Assembly: GCA_951406725.2 (NCBI GenBank)
Contig: OX597825.1
Coordinates: 48,608,001-48,672,000 of the forward strand
Origin: Octopus vulgaris
Lineage: Eukaryota
Direction of reading: 5' to 3'
Length of the DNA: 64,000 bases
The notes beneath the pieces are model-generated. The model did not search any database and had not been told where the DNA came from. It saw only the letters and a program-made list of their open reading frames with translations. Position numbers and translations under genes: made by a program. The first letter of the stretch is position 1; each line of letters opens with the position of its first letter. Positions 1 to 12,254 of the stretch are shown in pieces.

Positions 1-125
1 TTCTGTGTTCCTTTCTGTGGAAGAGCGTAGGCTCAAGTCTTTTTCAATTCCCGAGTGTTCTACTATTACATGTGTTTGTTTTCTACACCAACTGTCTTCG
101 TCTCGTGTTTTTTCGTGAATTCTCT

Positions 126-199
<74 letters not shown>

Positions 200-378
200 G
201 TTTATTATGGTAAGCCACAACACACATTTTTTTCTCTCCTTGTTTTTTTCTGTGTACCTTTCTGTAGAAGAGCGTAGGCTCGAAATATAAGACTGTTACT
301 ATTCCTGAGCGCTATACTAATACATCTGTTTGTTTTGTACACCACCTGCCTTCGTCTTTTGTTTTTTTTATAAACTTT

Positions 379-385
<7 letters not shown>
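1..385 (+). repeat. Two tandem copies of a non-coding repeat with a degenerate minimal hammerhead-like core (Penelope-associated type)
   Basis: GAAGAGCGTAGGCTC(GAAA) at ~20-34 and ~267-285; shared downstream text (ctgagcg..atactaatacat..gtttgtttt..tacac..ctg.cttcgtct..tgtttttt); copies separated by (TA)n. Confidence 0.55.
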
Positions 386-419
<34 letters not shown>

Positions 420-605
420 GGTGCCCCAGCATGGCCACAGCTCGTGGGCTGAAACTAGAATCAATCAATCAATCAATCAATCAATCATATATATATATAT
501 ATATGTTTATTATGGTAGTTTTGACTTTAAGAGTCACTCTTAGCATGAGGAATTTATGTATAGTAATGCCCTTATTATTTACATACATATACATACATAC
601 ATACA

Positions 606-697
<92 letters not shown>

Positions 698-740
698 CAT
701 ACATACTAATATTTCTAATTTCTTTACTTCCCTCAAGGGG

Positions 741-893
741 CCGCACACGAGGAGCTGCACATGCGCTGTACATTTTGAAAAATTAGAATGTATAATTTCG
801 GGGCATATACTGGATTGCCTCGTGTATATATGTTTAATCTAAGCTGAAGAAGTCTTCGCCTTGCAAATTATTTTATTTGCGAAAAAAAGGCGA
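741..893 (+). repeat. Partial copy of the hammerhead-bearing repeat also found at 11470-11950
   Basis: Aligns by eye with the reverse complement of ~11713-11865 (ggagctgc..tgcgc.gta..ttt..aaaattagaatgtataa...catatactggatt.cctc...gtttaatctaag...ctgaagaag.cttcgcct). Confidence 0.7.
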
Positions 894-1040
894 TTAAATA
901 AGTACCAGTTACGCACTGGGGTTGATATAATCGACTTAATCCGTTTGTCTCTCCTTGTTTGTCCTCTCTGTGTTTGGCCCCTTGTGGGTAGTAAAGAAAT
1001 AGGTATTTCGTCTGCCGCTACGTACTGCGTTCAAATTCCA
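894..1040 (+). mobile_element. Fragments of tRNA-derived SINE (Meta-domain type), rearranged
   Basis: taaataagtaccagttacgcactgggg..gatataatcgact tail, then gtatttcgtctgccgctacgt..tgcgttcaaattcc. Confidence 0.6.
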
Positions 1041-1062
1041 CAAGTTTCTAGTAATTTTCCCT

Positions 1063-2620
1063 TGATGCTAAATGGCCTATGATACGTATGCTGCGAATGT
1101 CGTGTTGCCTCTCCCCGGGACCCGGAAAGAAGATCTGTGGTTGTTCAGGCTAATTTTAAATTTGGATTCACAAGATCCGACGTAAATTTTAGTGTGTGTC
1201 CCTGTGTTGGCATTGATGTTACTCATATTTGTGCTGCTCCTGTTTGAGGCTACCTTTGCATGGTACACAGTAGCCTCGGTGTTACATCGGCCATCCACTG
1301 GGCATTCATTTTTAATCCTGCATGAACAACCGGCCTCTGTCGTATTTTAGGAGTGCTAAGTAATTTTTCTTAACAATGAGTGCACAACTGAAAGAGCCTT
1401 AAATCATGTCTGTCAAAGATATTTATATATTTGTGTGATCACGGGAAATGCTTATCAACCAACCTCAGAAAAATCTTACCTACGCATGTTTGGACGTTTA
1501 GGGAGAAGCGGTGAGCGAACCATAAGGTCTTGCGGTGGCGTTTCCTTTTATGGTTGCTCGATCCTGGTGTATATATTATATTGTCCTTGATCCTACTGGC
1601 CACTAGCGCTTCATTGCAAGTGGGAGCCGCTGCGTCGAAGATATCATTATTTGAAGATAAGATCGAAATCCATTTACTGATACCTTTTATTAGGTCTTTG
1701 AACACTATGGGTGGGTGGCAGGAGGATGCATTAATGCATGATAGCCTATCATTCGGTTTGCGGTATGGTCTGTAGGTGCAAGTGTCTAAATCAAGTGTGA
1801 CATCCAAGAAGTTCACTACAGTGAGGTTAGTCTGTATGTTGATTTTAAGGCCAAGGTTGTTGAGGGTGTGTATGATGTCTTTTCTAAGCCTATCTAATGT
1901 GTGGCCGTTAGCACCTTTGGAGATGGTTAAGGCATCATCTCACAATAAGCCAAAGTGGCTACTATAGAGATGATGCCCCCATCACGACGTTGAAGGAGCA
2001 CCCAGGGTCAGTTATTTTGACTCAGGTTGAATCCTGGTTGAATAGTAGCGTTTTCCTAGCGTGCATAATTATTTCTCTATCACTTATGTCGGTAATTCGT
2101 CTAGCAAATAATAATGCCTTATCAAGTAACATTTTCGATATCGATGGATAAAAGTCTACTATATTGAATTCTATGAACTTAGCTCTAGAAGTGCTTCATT
2201 TTGTCTCAAACCAATGTAACACCTCGATTGTGTTATGCCATTAGATGCTTTCCTTATGCCTTTATTATGCCATTAGATGCTTTCCTTATGTCTTATAAGA
2301 AATTAGATGCTTTCCTTATGCCTTTATTAACCTTGCTTAGGATGTGTTTACTCACCAGTCCAATTTCGGATTTGGCAGGGCTAATCAGGCGAAGTTCGGT
2401 TTGTGATCCTTGATAGTTAATAAATCATTACGTTTAGCTAGTATTTCTACCTTGTCGGCGATGTCTAGGTTGGTGGTTATTCGTTTAGCCTCATTATTGA
2501 TGTTATAATAGGTATGTGGTGTGGCCCGTCTATATTTTTGTGTGATGTTGTTCTCTAAGAGTGACATTTTCGCCCGGCTCGTAGGTCTAACGAATATCTT
2601 GAAATATGACAAGGTCTTTA
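1063..2620 (-). mobile_element. Penelope-like retroelement remnant (RT + GIY-YIG endonuclease), frameshifted
   Basis: Minus-strand peptides LTIKDHKPNF, IVDFYPSI, NFLDVTLDL..YRPYRKPND, LRLVDKHFP, VYHAKV..KIYVGSCESKFK..LNNHRSSF. Confidence 0.9.
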
Positions 2621-2805
2621 ACCTTCATTTTGTTTTCTTTTCTTTGCGACAACTCTACATTATTATCTTACATAATTTAAAATGGGACCCTGTAGACACA
2701 AAAGTAGTTAAAAGCGAAGGAAGACAACTCGCCCGGCCATAATTTTTTCAGAGGAATATTTCTTCAACTATCACCGGTGTATTTGTGTTTAAAAAAAAAA
2801 GAACA

Positions 2806-3233
2806 CCAGCATTATGACCCGGCGTTGCCGGGTCTAAGTTCCTTATCACATTTCAGCTCGGGCCAGTTTTGTTGTTTATGAGCTAGTTGGAGCTTTTTAT
2901 GAGAGTAATTAATATTCATTGGACTTCGGTTTTCACACCTAGATCGGCATAATCATGGAAATTTAGCGGGACTGTGCACATGCCATTAGTCGGCAAAAAA
3001 GGAATCAGAAGAAAGCGAAAAACTCGAATTTAGCCGCAAAATAACTTATGGGCAAAGGGGGTCGGTGTATCAAATTTTTTAATGGCTTTCTGGGGTGACT
3101 GGGGAAATGAAAAGACCACCCTCAGACAGTTTTGAAAGCCCATAGAAAATGCGAGCCTTTTACGTGAAAAACTGTGGATTTGCATAAAGGACACACAGAC
3201 AGACAGATACATAGACGTTTATAGATATAGAGA
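2806..3233 (-). mobile_element. Non-autonomous Helitron (~430 bp)
   Basis: Minus strand A|TCTCTATATCTATAAA at 5' end; subterminal hairpin GACCCGGC-AAC-GCCGGGTC followed by CTGG|T. Confidence 0.75.
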
Positions 3234-3940
3234 TTTTGGCGGAGAACAGTTATGGTTTAGAGAAACTGAAGATATGTCTAGTTCACGCTAAATATGAAAC
3301 CAATGGTGTTTTTCTAAAACTGCGGCCATAATATAAGGGTCAGTAAGAACAAGCGTGTTGAAATATTTATTATAGAAGATTAACAAAACATTAAGACTAG
3401 ATATTTTAGACCTATTTAGATATGTTTAATGTCTATCTTTCGTGAAAATCTCAAATAAATGGAATAAATATTTCGTAAGTTATGAGGAAATAAACAAATA
3501 ATCTTCCAAACTGCAACGCTCAAAAGTTAAGGGTCACTTAGGAAAAAAATGAAAAATGGAACAAGAACAAAAAAGAAATTCTTACTATAAAAGAAACCTT
3601 TTACTATCAATGACATCTGTTATGATAGGACTGAATTAATTTCTTGCAAAATGATGGATCAATAATTTTCCATTCGCTTTTCAATAATTCTCTGAGTTCA
3701 TCTTAGTTCTTTGGATTTCTCCTTCATGCCCCATCTCCAATAATCTGCCAAACGTTTTTCTATAGGGTTGAGATCGGGACTTTGAGGCGGCCAGTCCATG
3801 AGATCAACCCCTTCATTACTCAAAAACTCTTTAACTCCCTTCGTAATGTGATAGGGAGCGTTGTCCTGCACGAAGACAGGAGGTTGAACTGACGAGGATC
3901 TGAGATGTGGACGGGCATGCTGTCTAAGAATCTGCTTGTA

Positions 3941-5223
3941 TTGGGTTGGCAACTAAGTTCCCACCGTTTTTTAAATTTAAATTTTTAAAAAGGTTTAATA
4001 AAAAATAACAACTAATTAATCAATAATGTATTCACCCTTGTTGAACAAAATTTTCCATACCTCGTTAGTAGAAATCACCCGATTTCAACTCGAAAAATTG
4101 ATCCAGCCAAGCTCTCAATTCTGCATCAGTATTGAACGAAACTCCGAGCATAAGATTTTAAAGAGATCGAGAGAGGTGGGAATCCGTTGGTGCCAAATCA
4201 GGAGAGTACGGCGGATGTGGCAGCACTTCCCAGGCATGTGTTTGAATGGCTCCCTTGGTCATATTAGCGATACGACGGGGTGGCGTTGTCGTGCAGCTGA
4301 AGAACTCCATGCTTCCGATTAGGTGTTTTCTCTGGAATAGGTGTGTTGAGTCGTTCCATCTGTTGAACATAGAGTTCCGCGTTGACCGTTTGGTTCCGTT
4401 CAAGCAATTCGTAATGGATAATCCCTTCCCAATCCCACCATACGCACAACATCGTTTTACGCGGATGAAGATCTTGTTTCACGCGCGGTGTCGCTAGTTT
4501 ACCGGGGCTAAGCCATTCCTCACGCTGCTTCATATTGATGTACAGGCACCATTTGTCGTCGCCAGTAACGATTCGGTAAAGTAAACGTTGCTTGTGTCCA
4601 TGATTTGAGCGGTGACGAGCAAGCAAACCAGCGCAGATTCTGGCTCGTTGACTTTTGTTCTTGTCACTTAAAGCATGCGGAACCCATGCTCCATACTTCT
4701 AAACACCTTTCCCATCGAGTGAAGATGCTTCTCTATAGCAGTGTGTGAGCATTCCATTTTCTCTGCCAGTTCCCTTGTCGTTTGACGAGAATTCTCGTGC
4801 AAAAGTTGGTTTAATCGCTCTTCATCGAACTCAACTGGTCGGCCAGAACGAGGTGCGTCTTTGAGGTCAAAATTACCATTTTTGAACTTGGCATACCAAT
4901 CACGAGCGGTTCTTTCAGCTACGGCACCATCTCCATACACAGCACAAATGTCGCGAGCAGCTTTTGCAGCCTTAGAACCTTGATTAAAAGCAAAAAGGAG
5001 GTGTCGAAAATGCTCGTTTTTCTTAACTTGACATTCCATTTTAATGATCTGAAAATAAACAAAAATTAGCTAAAATTAACTAGATAAAAACGAAAAAAAA
5101 AAAGCAAAATAAATTCCAAAATGATTCAAAATAGAATTCTCGAAAAAAAATAGATTCCAAAATTTAAAAACGCAATAAATTCCAAAATTTTAAAAAACGG
5201 CGTGAACGTAGTTGCCAACCCGA
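3941..5223 (-). mobile_element. Full-length mariner (1283 bp), mellifera-subfamily-like, TA target duplication
   Basis: TIRs TTGGGTTGGCAACTAAGTTC / GAACGTAGTTGCCAACCCGA; TA at 3939-3940 and 5224-5225. Confidence 0.95.
4016..5039 (-). pseudogene. Mariner transposase, frameshifted
   Basis: ORFs 4668-5039, 4264-4626 and 4158-4403: EHFRHLLFAF, PRSGRP, VTGDDKW, MLCVWWD, LHDNA, HPPYSPDLAPTD; ends GEYIID*. Confidence 0.92.
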
Positions 5224-6299
5224 TAAATTTCAGCATTGGCAGTCCCTTGTAGGCGAATAAGTGGACCAGCACCAATAGCAGAGATCACTCCCCATACCAT
5301 TACACTGCCTCCTCAATATTTCACTGTTTTCTTCATACATGAACGAGATAACCTTCCGCCACTTCCAAGTCGGACGTATATCTCGCCATCGGAACCAGTC
5401 CCATCAAAGTTCGATTCATCGCTAAAATGAACCTGCGACCATGGCTCTTGTCCAAACGACATGTTCGTGAGCGAAACGAAGACGTGCTCTTTGATTCTTC
5501 TTGGAGATCAGAGGTTTTTTTGTCGGTGCCTGAGCAAGCAACCCAGAACTTCTTAACCTCCGAGGAACTGTTTTGTGCTATTCGTTGACATCGGAAGTGG
5601 AGCTAAACTCGCAATATATCTCAGCAGCACTCTTAAACCTATTATTCAGTGACATTCTAACCCTAATACGATCCTGTCTTGGAGAAGTTTTACGAGGTCT
5701 ACCAGTTTTGAGTTTAGCATCTGTCGATCCTGATGACTTACAACGGGCTACAATTCGTTGCACAACACTTCTAGACCTTCCTACAGTAGTTGCTATCACA
5801 TAATTTGACTTGCCCTATTGGTGAAGGCACACAGTCCTTTGTTTTTCCTCACAGGACACCGGTCGTCTCTCACAAGCCACCATGTTGACAGTTGAATGTT
5901 CCAATAATGTAAGATCATGAGAAGTAACTGTTAGCCCATTAACAGTCTTCTAAACAGCAAATACCTCGGTTAGTAGTTCATTTTTTTCTAAGTGGATCTT
6001 AACTTTTGGCCGCTGAAATTTGGAAGATTGTTTATTTATTTCCTCATAGCTTGCGAAATATTTATTCCATTCACTTGAAATTTACACGAGAGATATTAGA
6101 TATATCTAAATATGTGTAATATATCTAGTCTCAATATTTTGTTAATCTTCTATAATACACTTGTTCGTTTGATTATGACTAAATGACTGTGAAGGTCGTT
6201 ATGTAATATTCATTATATAATGGACATGACTATATCATAATTCTCATCTAGGTCTTCATGCGTATTGGATTTGTCACCTACATGATTGTAAAACATGAA

Positions 6300-7540
6300 A
6301 TAAATATGTCAGCAACTCCATTCTTCAGCAACTTATGCTTCTACCGAAAAGAATTCTCCTTCATAGTATTCCAGACAGCCGCCGCACACGCGAGTTCCAC
6401 CCGAGGTAAATACCTGGATTATCTGATCTCCTCTCATTTACTATACATACATTAAATTCCTCTCACCCCCCCCGCCACTGACAATGTCTCAAAAGCACAG
6501 ACATACACTCGCCAAATGGATAAATTCTCAGATTGTTTCAATCGAACAACAAGCATAGCCCTGACGATATCTCTTTCTTCATTGTTGAAGAGAGTTAGGT
6601 TTAATTTGCATCAGACTTTTCAATGTTTATCTATTTGCCGGGATTCATTTTTCAAAATGTGTGGAAACAGGCTACAGTGTATCTCATGAAGAGCAATCTG
6701 TCTGATCTGGTTACCAATCAAATAATCTCTGTCACATAGAAATCCAAAAGCTCTGGCAGTATAATTATCTCTTTCATTATCTCATTAGTAATCACATATA
6801 TTATTTCCACCAAACAGGGATCTTCTATGTCACTCACTATTAACCAAAGATCTCTTGTCCTTGAGATGTTTAACGAAGGCAATGTTGTTGCTCATGGGCA
6901 TAACAAAGCCATTTAGCAGGTTTGGAACAAGAATTTCCTGTCTAAATTCATTCAAACCTAGATTCATCTATCTCAAATCTTTTCAGCAAGTAGTTTCCTC
7001 CCAGACTGCATCACCATGGCAAGACCTCTGCCCTATCCAAACTCTATCAACGGTGGTGTGTCCCCAAAGTGTATCACTTTTTTCTTCTCTAAATTAATGA
7101 CCGACAGTCTATCATTTACAACAATTCTCAATTTATCCACAACTTTCTGTCTAAATATATAGTCCACTTAGGACCTCCATGAAAATTGATCGGTAAAATA
7201 TCTCCCCAGAGCGACATAACAGCTTTCCAGAAATCCATTCCAGTCGAATACCAAATTACAGAAGCTCAAATTAAAACTTCCACACGATTCAGGACATTGG
7301 CTGTACTAATCTGGATACAATAATGCTCAAAGCTTCTGCTCCAGAAACTAAAATTTAGGAATATGATTTAGCCTTAAATATTTAGACATGGGTGATTTGG
7401 AATCTGTGTTAATTATGTTCTTCTCTTGGTGACATCACTGACGTAGCAGATGTGGATCTAAATCAGACTAAAAGTGAACTATAGCTTGAAATCATGCAGA
7501 CATTAACTTTGACATAGGTAGATTCCAGTATTTTGAACAC
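6300..7540 (+). mobile_element. Highly decayed CR1/Jockey-like LINE RT region
   Basis: Eroded motifs WKQATV, ITKPFSR(VW) resembling DISKAFDRVW, INGGV(PQ)..FLL.IND. Confidence 0.55.
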
Positions 7541-7635
7541 CCACATATATCACAGATTAGGTACACACACACACGCGCGCGTGTATGCGTATAGGTATGT
7601 GCGTCTACGTACGTAAATACATGTATGTGTACAAG

Positions 7636-7667
<32 letters not shown>

Positions 7668-7669
7668 TA

Positions 7670-8200
7670 TGTATAAATCCCCAAAAAGGAACAAGAACGT
7701 AACGGACGATAATGAAAACATACGGACAGATGGGCGATACAAGGACGGACAGGAAAAGCAGGACGGAACATTCGTGGCTTTCTACTTATCAGTCAAGATT
7801 CTAATTATCACTACAGTTTCATCCTGTTACACTTGGGACTGAAAATTGGTAGGTCCCAAAAATCTAAGCTAAGGGCATTAAATTTTTGGAAAGCAGTCGA
7901 ATATTTGCGACAACACGGACAAAAAAAAAGAGGAAAAGGAAAAATGTTACACGATTACAAATACAAACAACAAGAATAACAACAGGTGTTGGGTTAAGCT
8001 GGCGTGTGAAATGGAAGCCTTAGAGCAAAAAACATAGATGAAAGTCAGGAGACAGGAAAATAAGGTGTCGTGCGAGCGGCGGCAAGCCAAGAAAGAAAGA
8101 TCGTGCTTGGCGAGCACCGGTCACGTGGGAGGAACAAAGAGAGGTAGGGAGCAGAGGGATGTGGAAAGGCTTGGTCGTCACTCGCAAGCGAGTATGACGT
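7670..8200. repeat. Purine-rich interspersed repeat, possibly a Penelope terminal or UTR region
   Basis: Composition distinct from flanks; weak CTGATAAG...GAA motif on the minus strand near 7770-7795. Confidence 0.3.
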
Positions 8201-8329
8201 AATAAGTTTTACCAGTAACAATTATTGAAACATAATTGTTTTAGGTTCTCATTTAATGGCAAGCAGACAACACACTTTCGGCTCTCCCACCTTTGACCAA
8301 AATGGAGGACGGAAAAGCTGCTCCACTTC

Positions 8330-8475
8330 TATGTTTGTACTCATTTACAACTGAATAGACAGGAAATGAAGTGCTTGAATCAAGTCCACATCGCACCACC
8401 AGATCCAGGAATCGAAACCAAGATGTTACGATCGTGAGTACAAAAAGCTAACCAAAAGGTTATGCGCTTTCATAT
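8330..8475 (-). mobile_element. tRNA-derived SINE, 5' part
   Basis: Minus strand tggttag..tcacgatcgtaa..ggtttcgattcctgg (B box); related copy at ~35830-35990. Confidence 0.6.
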
Positions 8476-8523
8476 ATGTATGTGTATGTATATGCATATG
8501 TGTATGTATGTATGTATATATGT

Positions 8524-8578
<55 letters not shown>

Positions 8579-8906
8579 TAGATATTTAATACATACATGC
8601 ACACTTAATTACTTGCTTATATACATACATGACTGCAGCGTTCCATTCGCATCAGTTGCCACTTGACAACTCAAACATCTTTCAAGAAAGAAAACAATTT
8701 GAACTCAGTTTTTCAACTGGTAACATAAAAATTCTGAAAATGCTACACATCCAGGAATTCAGCAAATACTAATTTCTATAACAAATAATAATGACAGTAG
8801 CAGTAGCGATAGCTGCAGTAGTAGTAGTAGTAGTAGTAGTATAAGAAAATATACAAACATGAAAGAAAAATATTTGTAATGCATTTATAGATATATACAT
8901 ATAAAC

Positions 8907-8990
<84 letters not shown>

Positions 8991-9422
8991 GTATGTATGT
9001 ATGTATTCTAGTACAAGTAGAAAGATATATTTTTCAATGCGTAAATACTGATAGAACAGCATATATAGGATAAAATCCTTACTGAACAGGAAAATCTGTC
9101 AGCAACCACATATATATATATGCTGTCAAGAATATAATTTCTTTCTCTAATGTTCTCTGCATTTTACTCTTCAGATTTCATCTTTCTTGCGCTTATTAGC
9201 AGATATATCATATATTGAAGGAAATGGTCTGATTCTCAGTGCCACTGCAAACAGAATTATTCTCTTCTTGTAGAATGTCAACAATAGTACCAGCAACCAA
9301 TTTGTGTGATAAAAATCTCCTATGCAACAATGGTAAATTGTCCAAATACTGGAAACAGGGAGAACAATGGCCAGAAATATCACCAGAATAAACATGGAGT
9401 CAACGTACAACTACTGCTGCTG

Positions 9423-9512
<90 letters not shown>

Positions 9513-9752
9513 GTTAATTGCGTAATTGTTTACTCAGTGGTGATGTGATGGCAGGATCTCGCCTCACCGTCTCTTATTGGTTTCACAAATCACAAAGCTT
9601 AGCTAAGATAAGATCATATACAAATATAGAAAACATAGCATATCTCAACGCCGTCATATATATATATGTACGTATGTATGTATGTATGTATGTATGTATG
9701 TATGTATGTATGTATGTATGTATGTATGTATGTATGTATGCATGAATGAATG

Positions 9753-9797
<45 letters not shown>

Positions 9798-10059
9798 ATA
9801 CATACATATATAGGTATGCATATTTATAGATATACATATTTACGTCCATATATATATATATATATATATAGATATACATACATACTTACCTCTATATGTA
9901 TATACGTATATATGTGCATGTATGTATATACAATGTAAACATACTTACAGTCACACATACATACATGCATTGATACATAAATACACACACACATATATAC
10001 ATACAAACATACATTTTAATAGCTGATAACTCGACTTTCATTTCTGTTTCGATTTAATC

Positions 10060-11133
10060 AATTAGATATAATGAAGGGAGCCAAACTAAGCTTTGAACAA
10101 AGGAAATGTTTTCTAAAGTGCCACTGGAAGTTTGGAAACGCAGTCGAAGAACAAAGATGTTTTAGATCCACCTCGATAACTTGCCATCATTCGAATTTAA
10201 GATAAATTTGAAGCCGTCCGAGCTGTCTATAAAATCCACAAGAAACATTCTGGAAGACCACGAACATAGACGTGCCCCACAAAGGAAGAAATATTACTCA
10301 GAGTTCTGTGTGATAAATCAGTCATAAGATAGGAATTTAAAAATCAAACAGCCATCGCATCTTGAAGCGCTGTTATTGGAAAAGATACATTCCAAAAATT
10401 GTCCATGCTCTCAATGAAGATGATCTAGTCCGAAGAACAGAGTTTTGCAAGTGGTACTCGGTAAAATATATAGAAGATGCACACTTACCAACAGAAATTG
10501 TTTCGAGTGATGAGGGTACATTTAAATTAAACAGTTCAACCAAATTCCACAACTGCATCTACCGGAAGCCTGAGAATGCGCTTGCTTATCATCAAAAGCA
10601 TTAATTGAACCATTCTTTTTTGACGTTACTATGCCTACTCCTATTTAATTGAAGTTGCTGCGATAATCTGTTATGTCAAGCATGAGTAACTAGAAGATGC
10701 AAAGTGATATTTCCAGGAAGACGGAGCACTCTAATGCTACCAAAAGTAATGTGAGGGCCTACGTAGATGATATTTTGCCAAACAAGTAGATTGGACGAAT
10801 GGTTTTATAGAATAACCTCTGTGTTCATTTAACCTCTCAGCACCAGACACTCTGTTATGGGAGACTTTTAAAAGAGAAAGTTTAAGGTTAAAAACCACCA
10901 ATAGTCAATGGATTGAAAGTAAACTAAACGAAATGTTTCTTGATGTTTGCGATTCCATAAATTCGCTTTATTAGTAGTGGTTGGACCTGAACGTCATCTG
11001 ATTGAAAGGAGGCGTACATAAAAGGTTAAATTCTGTGTTTAAATTCCATTAAATTTTGAAAATGAATTGTATTTTAATAACCACTAACTTCATTAGTATA
11101 TAATGTGTGTATTCATTTTTGTGATACCTCGTA
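10060..11133 (+). mobile_element. Decayed Tc1/mariner-superfamily transposon (DUF4817-type N-terminus)
   Basis: LSFEQRKCFLKCHWKF, DKFEA..HSGRP, VHALNEDD..RRTEFC, SSDEGTFKLN, FQEDGA; terminal tttttgtgatacctcgTA. Confidence 0.75.
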
Positions 11134-11469
11134 CATACACACACACACACACGTAAGTTTATTTAATTCTATTCATTTACCTGTGCGTGTGTATTTTCAC
11201 GCGTGTGGAGACGTGTAGTGTTGAAGGGAATGGCTTTATGCACACACATACACACACATATGAATGTGAATCCATAAAAATCCATATATGCTCACATATA
11301 TTTGTCAATAGAGTGGGTATATTAGTAAAAAGTATAGAGTATTATAGATCCATTACAGTGTGTATTCAAAGATAACTGTGCTATTATATAATATCTGGTT
11401 ACCTAATATCTAGTGTGAAACTGATTAGAATCAGCTGAAATGGATCTATAATTCTGTATAATTATATAA

Positions 11470-11950
11470 TTATATAATTAATAATATCAAGGGTAATAAG
11501 AAATATTAGAAATTTCTACGATCAGTGGCCTAGCGTGTAAAAATTTAGTCAATAGACTACATATTATTCCTATAAATACAGTGTACATTTAAACACATAA
11601 GAGGCATCCATCATAGAACTACTTGCACGCTAGACAGAATAGTTAAATTCCAAACCATTATTAGGGATTAAAACTTCGAAGGGAATGAAAAATGAAAATG
11701 GACCATGGTTTCAGCCTTTTTTTTCTCAAATAAAATAATTTACTAGGCGAAGTCTTCTTCAGCAGGGACACCTTAGATTAAACAAGAGGTAATCCAGTAT
11801 ATGTCCCTAGCTTATACATTCTAATTTTTAAAAATTTACTGCGCAAGCGCAGCTCCTTGTCGGCAGTAAATAAAAATGCCGGCTTTTCAATTAGAAAATT
11901 ATCCAGAAATAATTATCAATAATTAATAATATCAAGGGGAATAAGAATCT
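11470..11950 (-). repeat. ~445 bp non-coding unit with a terminal direct repeat and a hammerhead core (retrozyme or Penelope pLTR-like)
   Basis: ataattaataatatcaaggg.aataagaa at ~11474 and ~11919; internal hammerhead motif. Confidence 0.6.
11699..11764 (-). ncRNA. Type I hammerhead ribozyme-like motif
   Basis: Minus strand TG-CTGAAGA-AGACTT...AAGGCT-GAAA-CCATGG-TC-CA: conserved core, stem II with one mismatch, palindromic stem III (ACCATGGT), GUC triplet; stem I only 2 bp. Confidence 0.6.
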
Positions 11951-12254
11951 GTCTGTTTCTCTGCAAATACATATACACGTGCATACATACATGTAGAAAC
12001 ATACATATTCACATGCATTCATACATACATAGACATGCATACACACATGCGCACACACATGCATACACACATACATACATATATATTTACATATATGCAT
12101 GTACATACGTGCATGCACATGCATACATTCATAAATATATGGACATACGAGCATACATTACATACTTACACATACAAACACACATGCTTGCACGCATATA
12201 CATACATGCACACACCCCCGCGGATACACAAACATGCGCACATGTATTAGTATG

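Larger units (their letters stand above)
3317..6166 (-). mobile_element. Tc1-family (DD34E) DNA transposon with long IR/DR-type inverted repeats, interrupted by a mariner
   Basis: ~190 bp inverted repeats at ~3369-3553 and ~5977-6156; transposase motifs GRPRKTS, FSDES, GGSVMVWG, VQDNAPYH, WPPQSPDLNPIE. Confidence 0.9.

Noticed and set aside
72-786. YIYI, MYVC, HTHT and poly-L/I/N/V ORFs here and throughout the window
   Set aside because: Translations of microsatellites; no coding signal
2233-2330. Three copies of attagatgctttccttatg at ~33-38 bp spacing
   Set aside because: Local slippage duplication inside the Penelope remnant; not a CRISPR array
9171-9410. 79-aa hydrophobic minus-strand ORF
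   Set aside because: Abuts a (TAG)n tract, non-ATG start, no recognisable family
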